From: Alphaproteobacteria bacterium
Lineage (GTDB): Bacteria; Pseudomonadota; Alphaproteobacteria; Sphingomonadales; Kordiimonadaceae
Reading direction: 5' to 3'
Length of the DNA stretch: 24,000 bases
Assembly (NCBI GenBank): GCA_006226495.1
Contig: SBGU01000004.1
Coordinates: 38,766 to 62,765 of the forward strand
Shown one piece after another: positions 7,739-17,832 of this stretch. How positions within the stretch are numbered: position 1 is the stretch's first letter; each line of letters starts with the position of its first letter. Below the pieces are notes generated by a model. It made no database searches. It was not told the DNA's origin and saw only the letters and a program-made list of their open reading frames with translations. Position numbers and translations under genes: made by a program.

Positions 7739-8449
7739 TCAGGCTCTGCCTGCCGCTTCGGCTGCCAGGGCAACCGGCATGCGCGGGCTGTCGGCAAAAA
7801 GGCTGGGCGCCAGCCATTTGCTGATGTTTTTGGTCAGGTTCGGCGGGCCGACCACCGCCAGGTCGCCACAGTCGATGGCGCTTCTGTAGGTACGGTCACC
7901 CATCCAGACATCGGCCATGGTGCGCACGGTCGAGGTGAAATAGACATCCACATCCCGAAGCGGGTCCTTGATGCACAATTCCACCCGGCCGGCATTGACC
8001 AGCAGCCACCAGTTGCGCTGGCTTTCATAGTCGGTGAATTCGAACCTGAGCACGGTTTCGCTGCCGGGCAGGCATTCGGGCCGCACGCTGCGTTCCAGAT
8101 AATACATCAGGAATTCGGGGTCATAGTCGGCATCCGACAGGGTGTGTTTGGCCCAGCACAGGCCCCATTCGCCCATGGCGACCAGAAGCGGCAACAGGGC
8201 CTCTGCCGCCTGGCTCGGGTAATATTCAAAGCCGCGCTGGCCGCTGATCTGGCGTTTGACCACCAGGCCCTGTTCCTCAAGCGCCTTCAGGCGCGTGGTC
8301 AGAAGCGCGGGTGAAATCAGGCCCAGCCCGCGCTGGATTTCATTGAAGCGGCGGGCGCCCATCAGCATTTCCCGCATAATCAGGATGGTCCATTTTTCGC
8401 CCAATATTTCATTGGCCTTGGCGATAGGACAGAACTGGCCATAGCGCAT
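7739..8449 (-). CDS. HxlR-family winged-helix regulator with a roughly 120-aa C-terminal extension
   Basis: ATG at 8449 has AAGGGGAGA upstream. The product starts MRYGQFCPIAKANEILGEKWTILIMREML.GARRFNEIQRGL..ISPALLTTRLKALEEQGLV, which is the HxlR signature. The C-terminal half (...VELCIKDP..DVDVYFTSTVRTMADVWMG...) resembles the SCP2-like extension of long HxlR proteins, from recollection. Confidence 0.8.
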   Translation of the reverse strand: MRYGQFCPIAKANEILGEKWTILIMREMLMGARRFNEIQRGLGLISPALLTTRLKALEEQGLVVKRQISGQRGFEYYPSQAAEALLPLLVAMGEWGLCWAKHTLSDADYDPEFLMYYLERSVRPECLPGSETVLRFEFTDYESQRNWWLLVNAGRVELCIKDPLRDVDVYFTSTVRTMADVWMGDRTYRSAIDCGDLAVVGPPNLTKNISKWLAPSLFADSPRMPVALAAEAAGRA

Positions 8450-8506
8450 GCTGTGTATCTCCCCTTCCGATACCCCGCATCCCGGCCGGCTGGCCGACAT
8501 GCCCAA

Positions 8507-8521
8507 CTATAGAATCTGTAG
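8507..8521. promoter_or_regulatory. Imperfect dyad in the hxlR/tautomerase divergent region (candidate operator)
   Basis: ctatagaatctgtag matches its own reverse complement at 12 of 15 positions. It lies between the divergent starts at 8449 and 8614. AACTAT also recurs at 8505 and 8541. Confidence 0.25.
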
Positions 8522-8613
8522 TGGTTTACTTCAATGCGTGAACTATCGGGGCCGGCGGGCGGTGCGTAGAAGGGGCTCACAGACTGGCACCGTCAAACAG
8601 AGAGGAGACAAAA

Positions 8614-8835
8614 ATGCCGCTTGTAACAATCGATGTGATCAAAGACGTATTCACCCGCGAACAGAAACAAAGCCTGATCGAACGTGTGACCGAAGCCATG
8701 GTATCCGTGGAAGGCGAAGCCATGCGCCCCGTAACCTGGGTGCGCATCATGGAAGTCGAAGGCGGCGACTGGGCCATCGGCGGCCAGAGGCTGGCGGCCA
8801 AGGATGTGCATGCGATGGCCGGTGGCGGCAGCTAA
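8614..8835 (+). CDS. 4-oxalocrotonate tautomerase family protein
   Basis: 73 aa, beginning [14 protein letters not shown], with the catalytic Pro1 context and a beta-alpha-beta size typical of the 4-OT family. AGAGGAGA lies upstream of the ATG. Confidence 0.8.
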   Translation: MPLVTIDVIKDVFTREQKQSLIERVTEAMVSVEGEAMRPVTWVRIMEVEGGDWAIGGQRLAAKDVHAMAGGGS

Positions 8836-8857
8836 GGCTGATGCCACGCACGCACTG

Positions 8858-8871
8858 CCCCCCCCCCCCCC
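8858..8871. repeat. Homopolymeric C14 tract
   Basis: There are 14 consecutive C residues, 23 nt after the tautomerase stop codon. Confidence 0.95.
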
Positions 8872-8877
8872 GAACAG

Positions 8878-8910
8878 CCCCGGCGGCCCAGGCCCCGGGG
8901 TTTGTTTTTT
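8878..8910 (+). terminator. Intrinsic terminator after tautomerase gene
   Basis: A GC hairpin pairs ccccgg (8878-8883) with ccgggg (8895-8900), with extra inner pairs. It is followed by tttgtttttt (8901-8910). Confidence 0.7.
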
Positions 8911-8950
8911 GGGGGTATGCGCATTCCTTCAGCCTTCCGTGCGCCATCAC

Positions 8951-9480
8951 CCTGGGCTTCGACAGGCTCAGCCCGAACGGGGAGGGTGGGGTTGGCAAGG
9001 TCGGTGTGCGGCATGACTGGGTGCCGCCAATCATCCACCACTGTTCGCTAGTTAGGCCCCCCTTTCACTAAATACGCCCCACCGCTCGCCCTGAGCCTGT
9101 CGAAGGGCAGGATGCAGGGCCGGGTGTACCAGCCCCCTTGTCGCCTCGTGGCCTGGGCTTCGACAGGCTCAGCCCGAACGGGGAGGGTGGGGTTGGCAAG
9201 GTCGGTGTGCGGCATTCCCGGGTGCCTGCCAATGATCCACCACTGTTCGCTAGTAAGGCCCCCCTTTCGCTAAATACGCCCCACCGCTCGCCCTGAGCTT
9301 GTCGAAGGGCAGGATACCGGGCCGGGTGTACCAGTATCTTTGCCGCCTCGTGGCCTGGGCTTCGACAGGCTCAGCCCGAACGGGGCGGATGCGGTCGGCA
9401 AGTTCAGTGCGCGGCACTCCCTGGCGCATGCAAATAACCCACCACCGTTGGCCCTGAGCTTGTCGAAGGGCAGGATGCCG
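8951..9480. repeat. Tandem array (3 units, period about 201-202 bp) of a MITE-like element bounded by inverted repeats
   Basis: Units start at 8951, 9152 and 9354. Units 1 and 2 are near-identical; unit 3 has a shorter, diverged core. Each unit carries a left arm CTTCGACAGGCTCAGCCCGAACGG (8957-8980, 9158-9181, 9360-9383). Each also carries a right arm CCGCTCGCCCTGAGCCTGTCGAAG or close variant (9082-9105, 9284-9307, 9445-9468). The right arm is the reverse complement of the left arm apart from about 3 mismatches. Confidence 0.9.
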
Positions 9481-9500
9481 GGTGCCGTCGCCAGGGCAAG

Positions 9501-9534
9501 GAAAAAGGCCGGCACCATCGGGCGCCGGCCTTTT
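9501..9534 (-). terminator. Intrinsic terminator of carB (bidirectional shape)
   Basis: The stem pairs ggccggc (9507-9513) with gccggcc (9524-9530). It is flanked by aaaaa (9502-9506) and tttt (9531-9534). It lies 24 nt beyond the carB stop. Confidence 0.75.
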
Positions 9535-9557
9535 CTGTTTTGTGTCCGTCGCGCCTG

Positions 9558-12812
<3,255 letters not shown>

Positions 12813-12933
12813 GGCGCGATATTCTCCATTGGGTACAGGTGCTGCCGGCCCGGCGGAATTGGGCCCGGACCGAAGTGCGAATGTGTGATATCCCTTGTCC
12901 TGCGGCGGTTGACCAGGTCGAGGGTGAAGCGGA

Positions 12934-13314
12934 ATGGCTGGAAATCTTGTGGACCGGGCGCGCGGCCTGCGCCGCGCCATGACGGACGCGGAAAGGTGTT
13001 TCTGGCATCATGTACGCGCACGGCGTTTTCACGGCCTCAAGTTCAGGCGCCAGTTTCCGGTCGGTCATTTCATCGTCGATTTCGCCTGCCCGGCGCGACG
13101 GTTGATTGTCGAAATCGACGGTGGCCAGCATGCCGACCCGGAAAGCGGGGATGCCCTGCGCACCGCGCATCTCGAAAGCCGGGGTTTTCGTGTTGTCCGC
13201 TACTGGAACAACGACATCCTCGGCAATATCGACGGTGTCATGACTGACCTTGAGGCACACCTGGGCCAACAGCCCCCTCACCCCAACCCTCTCCCCGCGG
13301 GGGAGAGGGGGTAG
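12934..13314 (+). CDS. DUF559 (Vsr-like endonuclease fold) domain protein
   Basis: 126 aa, reading [58 protein letters not shown]...[20 protein letters not shown], which is the classic DUF559 pattern. The last ~12 codons ([12 protein letters not shown]) run into a REP-like repeat, so the C-terminus may be repeat-derived. Confidence 0.85.
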   Translation: MAGNLVDRARGLRRAMTDAERCFWHHVRARRFHGLKFRRQFPVGHFIVDFACPARRLIVEIDGGQHADPESGDALRTAHLESRGFRVVRYWNNDILGNIDGVMTDLEAHLGQQPPHPNPLPAGERG

Positions 13315-13354
13315 GGCGGTGCTCCACAAAAGCCCTCTCCCTTGAGGGAGAGGG
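13287..13354. repeat. REP-like pair of CCCTCTCCC/GGGAGAGGG hairpins
   Basis: Hairpin 1 is ccctctcccc-gcgg-gggagaggg (13287-13309). Hairpin 2 is ccctctccc-ttga-gggagaggg (13333-13354). On the minus strand, hairpin 2 is followed by CTTTTGTGG, a terminator-like arrangement about 37 nt after the carA stop. Confidence 0.85.
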
Positions 13355-13390
13355 TTGGGAGAGGGTGTCGGTGCGCGCATCGGAACGTCC

Positions 13391-14572
13391 TTATGCAGCG
13401 GTTTTATGTTTCTGGATCATGTCCATGAACTGGTCGAACAGGTAGAAACTGTCCTGCGGGCCGGGCGATGCTTCCGGGTGCTGCTGCACTGAGAAGATCG
13501 GCTTGTCGGTGCATTCGATGCCGCAGACGGTGCGGTCAAACAGGCTGATGTGGCTTACCTTCACATTGTCGGGCAGGCTGTCGCCGTCCACCGAAAAGCC
13601 GTGGTTCATGCTGGTGATCTCGACCTTTTTGGTGCGCAGGTCCTGCACCGGGTGGTTGGCGCCCCGGTGGCCCTGGTGCATCTTGTAGGTCTTGCCGCCG
13701 AACGCGAGCGCGAGCAATTGGTGGCCAAGGCAGATGCCGAAGATCGGCAGGCCGGTTTCGATCAGTTGTTTGATGACCGGCAGGGCATATTCACCCGTCG
13801 CCGCCGGGTCGCCCGGGCCGTTCGACAGGAAAATCCCGTCCGGCTTGTGGCGCATGATGTCGTCAAACGTCGCGGTCGCGGGCACCACGGTCACATGCGC
13901 GCCGGTGGCCGCCAGGCAGCGGAGGATATTGTCCTTCGCGCCATAATCCACCGCGACAACATGGGCCTTGGGGTTTTCAAGCTTGCCGTAACCCTGGCCG
14001 ATGGCCCAGCGCGTGGCGTCCCATTCGCGGGTTTGCGCGCAGGTGACTTCTTTTGCCAGGTCCATGCCCTCAAGGCCCGGCCATGCCTTGGCTTTTTCAA
14101 TGAGCGCGGGCACGTCGAACTTGCCGTCCTTGTTATAGGCGATCACACCGTTCGGCGCGCCGTGGGCGCGGATATGGCGGGTCAGCTTCCGGGTATCGAC
14201 ACCCGAGATGCCGACAAGGCCGACGCGGGCCGCCCAGTCGGTCAGGCCACTATCGGCGCGGTAGTTGGCGGCTTCGGTCACATCCTCGCGCACCACAAGG
14301 CCGCGCGCGGCGGGCGTGATGGTCTCCACATCTTCCGCATTGGTGCCGACATTGCCGATGTGCGGGAAGGTGAAGGTGATGATCTGGCCGGCGTAGGACG
14401 GGTCGGTCAGGATTTCCTGGTAGCCGGTGATCGAGGTATTGAAACAGACTTCACCGACCGTATCGCCTTCGCGCCCGAAACCATGGCCCCAGAAGACCGT
14501 GCCGTCGGCAAGAACAAGAACAGCGGTAATATCATCTGCCGGCGGGATGCTTGTGGTGGCGGATTCGGTCAT
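13391..14572 (-). CDS. carA: Carbamoyl-phosphate synthase small subunit (glutamine amidotransferase)
   Basis: 393 aa, with GGAGG 8 nt upstream of the ATG at 14572. Motifs include LVLADGTVF.G.GFG, EVCFNTSITGYQEILTDPSYAGQI and the GATase triad context PIFGICLGHQLL...HGFSV. Confidence 0.96.
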   Translation of the reverse strand: MTESATTSIPPADDITAVLVLADGTVFWGHGFGREGDTVGEVCFNTSITGYQEILTDPSYAGQIITFTFPHIGNVGTNAEDVETITPAARGLVVREDVTEAANYRADSGLTDWAARVGLVGISGVDTRKLTRHIRAHGAPNGVIAYNKDGKFDVPALIEKAKAWPGLEGMDLAKEVTCAQTREWDATRWAIGQGYGKLENPKAHVVAVDYGAKDNILRCLAATGAHVTVVPATATFDDIMRHKPDGIFLSNGPGDPAATGEYALPVIKQLIETGLPIFGICLGHQLLALAFGGKTYKMHQGHRGANHPVQDLRTKKVEITSMNHGFSVDGDSLPDNVKVSHISLFDRTVCGIECTDKPIFSVQQHPEASPGPQDSFYLFDQFMDMIQKHKTAA

Positions 14573-14600
14573 TGCGGCGTTACCTCCTGCCTGGCGATTA

Positions 14601-14651
14601 CAAAAAACCCTTATGGTATCAAAGGGTTGGAAGCATATGGGCGTGCTTCAT
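14601..14651 (-). promoter_or_regulatory. carA 5' leader: 10-codon uORF plus terminator-like hairpin (candidate attenuator)
   Basis: The minus strand reads ATG AAG CAC GCC CAT ATG CTT CCA ACC CTT TGA (14651 down to 14619). The stem AACCCTT/AAGGGTT (plus coordinates 14606-14628, 9-nt loop) is followed by TTTTG. The uORF stop codon lies inside the hairpin loop. The hairpin ends about 25 nt before the carA SD (GGAGG). Confidence 0.35.
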
Positions 14652-14682
14652 GGGGCCGCTGGGCGGCGGCCAAATTGTCGGG

Positions 14683-14711
14683 ACAATAAGCAAAACACCC
14701 CCGGGGGTCAA
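14683..14711 (-). promoter_or_regulatory. Candidate sigma70-type promoter of carA
   Basis: On the minus strand, TTGACC (plus coordinates 14706-14711) is followed by a 17-nt spacer and TATTGT (14683-14688). The predicted leader is about 100 nt. Confidence 0.4.
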
Positions 14712-14836
14712 GGAAAAGCTTGAAAAAAATTATCCAATAAAATCAATAACTTAATATTGATATTCCCGTTTGCTCCGGCGGGGTCTCTGGTTTATGATGC
14801 ACGCTTCCGCCAGATTCACTCGGGAATGACACAAGA

Positions 14837-15292
14837 ATGTTACGGGACGAACTCACTCAGGCCATGAAAGACGCCATGCGCGCGAAAGAAACGCGCAAGC
14901 TTGGCACCGTGCGCCTTATCCTTGCGGCCATCAAGGAGCGCGACATCGAATTGCGCACCCAGGACGCGGCCGACCGGGATGACGATGCCATCATCACCGA
15001 CATCCTGTCGAAGATGGTCAAGCAGCGCAATGACAGCATCAAGGCCTATGAAGAAGGCGGCCGCTGCGAGCTTGCGGAACGCGAGCGCGAGGAAATCGCC
15101 ATCATCCAGGGTTTCCTGCCCAAGCAGATGACCGACGCCGAAGTGAAGGCCGCGTGCGAAGCCACGGTCAAGGAACTGGGCGCGGCGGGCCTGAAGGACA
15201 TCGGCCGCTGCATGGCGGCGCTCAAGGCCAAATACGCCGGCCAGATGGATTTTGCCAAAGCCAGCGGCATCATCAAGGGGCTGTTGAGCTAA
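14837..15292 (+). CDS. yqeY: GatB/YqeY domain-containing protein
   Basis: 151 aa, reading MLRDELTQAMKDAMRAKE..KLGTVRLILAAIKERDIE...ILSKMVKQR.DSI..YE..GR.ELAE.E..EI.II..FLP.Q. This is typical of the YqeY family. Confidence 0.88.
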   Translation: MLRDELTQAMKDAMRAKETRKLGTVRLILAAIKERDIELRTQDAADRDDDAIITDILSKMVKQRNDSIKAYEEGGRCELAEREREEIAIIQGFLPKQMTDAEVKAACEATVKELGAAGLKDIGRCMAALKAKYAGQMDFAKASGIIKGLLS

Positions 15293-15322
15293 CGGCTTCT
15301 GTTCGAGGCAATGAATAAAGAG

Positions 15323-15354
15323 AGCGGGGGATGTTTCCTCCGCTTTTTGTTTTT
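15323..15354 (+). terminator. Intrinsic terminator after yqeY; a second copy lies at 15601-15632
   Basis: The stem agcggggg/cctccgct is 8 bp with one G-U pair, and the loop is atgttt. It is followed by ttttgttttt. A near-identical copy (agcggggg...cctctgct ttttgttttt) sits 278 bp downstream inside the second repeat unit. Confidence 0.7.
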
Positions 15355-15800
15355 GCGCCCCATGGTCTGCCCTTCGACAGGCTCAGGGCGAGCGGTGGTG
15401 CGGTCGAGGACGAACGGTGGTGTGTGTTCGGTACGGCGGTGTGGCTCTGGGTGAACGGTGGGGCGGGGCAGGCGCGGGCTGTGCCCAGCGCTCTGGCGGG
15501 TTCCGGCTGGCACCAGCGGAACCCCCTTTCCGGCATATCCTCCCCGTTCGCCCAGAGCTTGTCGAAGGGCAGGAGGCAGTGCCGGGTGCCCATGGTGTCA
15601 AGCGGGGGATGTTTCCTCTGCTTTTTGTTTTTGCGCCCCGCGGTCTGCCCTTCGACAAGCTCAGGGCGAGCGGTGGTGTTTGTTCGGTGTCAGGCTGTGT
15701 TCAGGGCGGGCGGCTCATCGTCAGCCAGGGTCATTGATCCTGTGCCTTCCCCGTTCGCCCTGAGCCTGTCGAAGGGCAGGATGCAGCGCCGGGTGCCCAA
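15323..15800. repeat. Tandem array (2 units, period about 278 bp) of the same inverted-repeat element family as 8951-9480
   Basis: Units start at 15323 and 15601. Left arms CTTCGACA(G/A)GCTCAGGGCGAGCGG lie at 15372-15395 and 15650-15673. Right arms CCGTTCGCCC(A/T)GAGC(T/C)TGTCGAAG lie at 15544-15567 and 15751-15774. The post-arm sequence GGCAGGA(T/G)GCAG.GCCGGGTG is shared with the 8951-9480 array. Confidence 0.9.
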
Positions 15801-15879
15801 GCATACAGATTCACCTTTGCTCATGGCCGCGCAAGGGCTAGAAGGGTTGTTTCCCGCTAACCGCCAGTGCCGAGGGGTC

Positions 15880-17787
15880 ATGGCCTTAAGTCCGCAGTTT
15901 CTGGACGAGCTCAAGCATCGTTTCACCCTGTCCGATGTCATCGGGCGGACGGTGAAGCTTGCGCGGCACGGGCGCGAGCATATGGGCCTGTGCCCGTTCC
16001 ATAATGAAAAGTCGCCATCCTTTACGGTGAATGACCAGAAGGGCTTTTATCACTGTTTCGGCTGCGGTGCGCACGGCAGTGTCATCGACTTTGTGATGGG
16101 CACACAAGGGCTTGAGTTCATGGAGGCGGTCGAACGGCTGGCAGGTGACGCCGGCATGGAAATGCCGCGCCAGACCCCCGAGCAGATCGAGCGCGACAAA
16201 AAACGCGGCTCGCTGTCCGATGTCATGGACGCGGTCACGAGCTGGTACGCCGCGCAACTGAAGGGGCAGGTGGGCCGCACGGGGTACGACTATATCAAGG
16301 GCCGCGGCCTGACCGACAAGACCATCGAACGGTTCCGCCTGGGTTTCGCCCCCGCCCAGCGCACGGCCTTGAAGGATGCCATGCGGGCGCGGGGCATCCC
16401 CGAAGACCAGCTCATTGAAACCGGCATGCTGATCAAGCCGGAGGATGGCGGCGAAAGTTACGATCGGTTCCGCAACCGGGTGATGTTCCCGATCACCGAC
16501 CGGCAGGGCCGGGTGATCGCCTTCGGTGGCCGCGCGCTGGATAAAGATGCCAAGGCCAAATATCTGAACAGCCCGGAAACCACGCTCTTCCACAAGGGCG
16601 CGAACCTCTATAATTGGGCCAACGCCCGCGCCGCGTCCTACGACTGCGGGCAGGTGATGGTGGTTGAAGGTTATATGGACGTGATCGCGCTGGCGCAGTT
16701 CGGCATCGATTATGCTGTCGCACCCCTTGGCACCGCGCTCACCGAAGAACAGATCAGCCACCTGTGGCAGATGGCGGATGAACCGATCCTCAGTTTCGAT
16801 GGCGACAAGGCCGGCCAGCGCGCCGCAGGGCGCGCCATGGACCGGGCTTTGCCGATGCTGAAACCCGGCAAGTCGCTCCGCTTCGTGTTCATGCCCGAAG
16901 GCGACGACCCCGACAGCCTGGTGCAGCGCGAAGGCAAACGTGCGGTTGAAAAGCTGGTCGATGCCGCCATGCCCATGGTCAACATGCTGTGGAACGCGCT
17001 GACCGAAGGTGTGCCCGCCGACACGCCGGAACGGCGCGCGGGGCTTGAGAAGCTCATCTTCAGCAAACTCGCCGAAATCGAAGACGAGAATGTGAAGAAG
17101 CTCTATCAGGGCGAATTCAGGAACCGGCTTTATGACTTGTTCCGCCCGGCAAGGCGCCAGGGCGGGGCTGGCACGTTCAAGCAGAACCGACCCTTCATGC
17201 CGGGCGGCAAGCGCGATCCCCTGCGCGCACCACCCACCGGGCTGTTGGCGCAAACCAGCATCGGCCGCGGGCGCGGCGCGGGGGCAGTGACCGACCGTAT
17301 GGAAAAGCTGATTGTGCTGACCCTGGTGCACCATCCCGAAATTCTGGTGCGGCACGAAGAAACGGTCGCGCACCTCAATTTCACCGTGCCGGGGCTTGAC
17401 GCCGTCTGTACCGCTTTATTAGAGAGGGCGGCCTTGGGGCACACCCTTGATATGGAGGGGGTGCAGACCTATTTGATGGACAAAGGGCTATCGGAAACAT
17501 TGGACAGGATCAGGGACGAACGCGCGCTCAGGGACGACTGGTTTGCCTGGCCGGCAGCCGCGCTTTCCGATGCGATCACCGGTTTTGAGCATATTGTGCA
17601 ACGATTCCAGCATATTACCGCTGCCCGGACCGCCTACCAGCAGGCCGAAGCGGACTATGCAAACGACATGACGGATGAAAACCACGCCCGCTTTGTGGCG
17701 GCCCAGGAAGCCTTCAGGGCGCTTGAGGAAAAAGAGGCCGACAAGGACGGCTATCGGCTCGAATCAGGCAGGTTTTCTTTCAACTAA
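15880..17787 (+). CDS. dnaG: DNA primase
   Basis: The 635-aa product from ATG at 15880 has GAGGGG upstream. It has the zinc ribbon CPFHNEKSPSFTVNDQKGFYHCFGCGAHG and TOPRIM motifs (VMVVEGYMDVIAL, SFDGDKAGQRAA). The 183-codon upstream extension is a translation of the repeats and is rejected. Confidence 0.95.
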   Translation: MALSPQFLDELKHRFTLSDVIGRTVKLARHGREHMGLCPFHNEKSPSFTVNDQKGFYHCFGCGAHGSVIDFVMGTQGLEFMEAVERLAGDAGMEMPRQTPEQIERDKKRGSLSDVMDAVTSWYAAQLKGQVGRTGYDYIKGRGLTDKTIERFRLGFAPAQRTALKDAMRARGIPEDQLIETGMLIKPEDGGESYDRFRNRVMFPITDRQGRVIAFGGRALDKDAKAKYLNSPETTLFHKGANLYNWANARAASYDCGQVMVVEGYMDVIALAQFGIDYAVAPLGTALTEEQISHLWQMADEPILSFDGDKAGQRAAGRAMDRALPMLKPGKSLRFVFMPEGDDPDSLVQREGKRAVEKLVDAAMPMVNMLWNALTEGVPADTPERRAGLEKLIFSKLAEIEDENVKKLYQGEFRNRLYDLFRPARRQGGAGTFKQNRPFMPGGKRDPLRAPPTGLLAQTSIGRGRGAGAVTDRMEKLIVLTLVHHPEILVRHEETVAHLNFTVPGLDAVCTALLERAALGHTLDMEGVQTYLMDKGLSETLDRIRDERALRDDWFAWPAAALSDAITGFEHIVQRFQHITAARTAYQQAEADYANDMTDENHARFVAAQEAFRALEEKEADKDGYRLESGRFSFN

Positions 17788-17832
17788 TATGGTATAGACT
17801 GCGATTCGCGCAGTTTCTCGGAGATAAAATAC

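Noticed and set aside
8951-9480. The possibility that the tandem repeats form a CRISPR array.
   Set aside because: The period is about 200 bp, and whole units, including the would-be spacers, are near-identical. There is no 24-48-bp direct repeat/spacer alternation, and no cas genes are in the window.
13550-14689. A 379-aa + strand ORF.
   Set aside because: It is antisense to carA and has shadow-ORF composition.
15331-15879. A 183-codon N-terminal extension of the dnaG ORF.
   Set aside because: The extension is a translation of the two repeat units (FDRLRASG, SLSKGR and similar). It contains terminator-like hairpins. The conserved primase N-terminus begins at ATG 15880, which has its own SD.
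15886-17373. A 495-aa - strand ORF.
   Set aside because: It is antisense to dnaG and has shadow-ORF composition.
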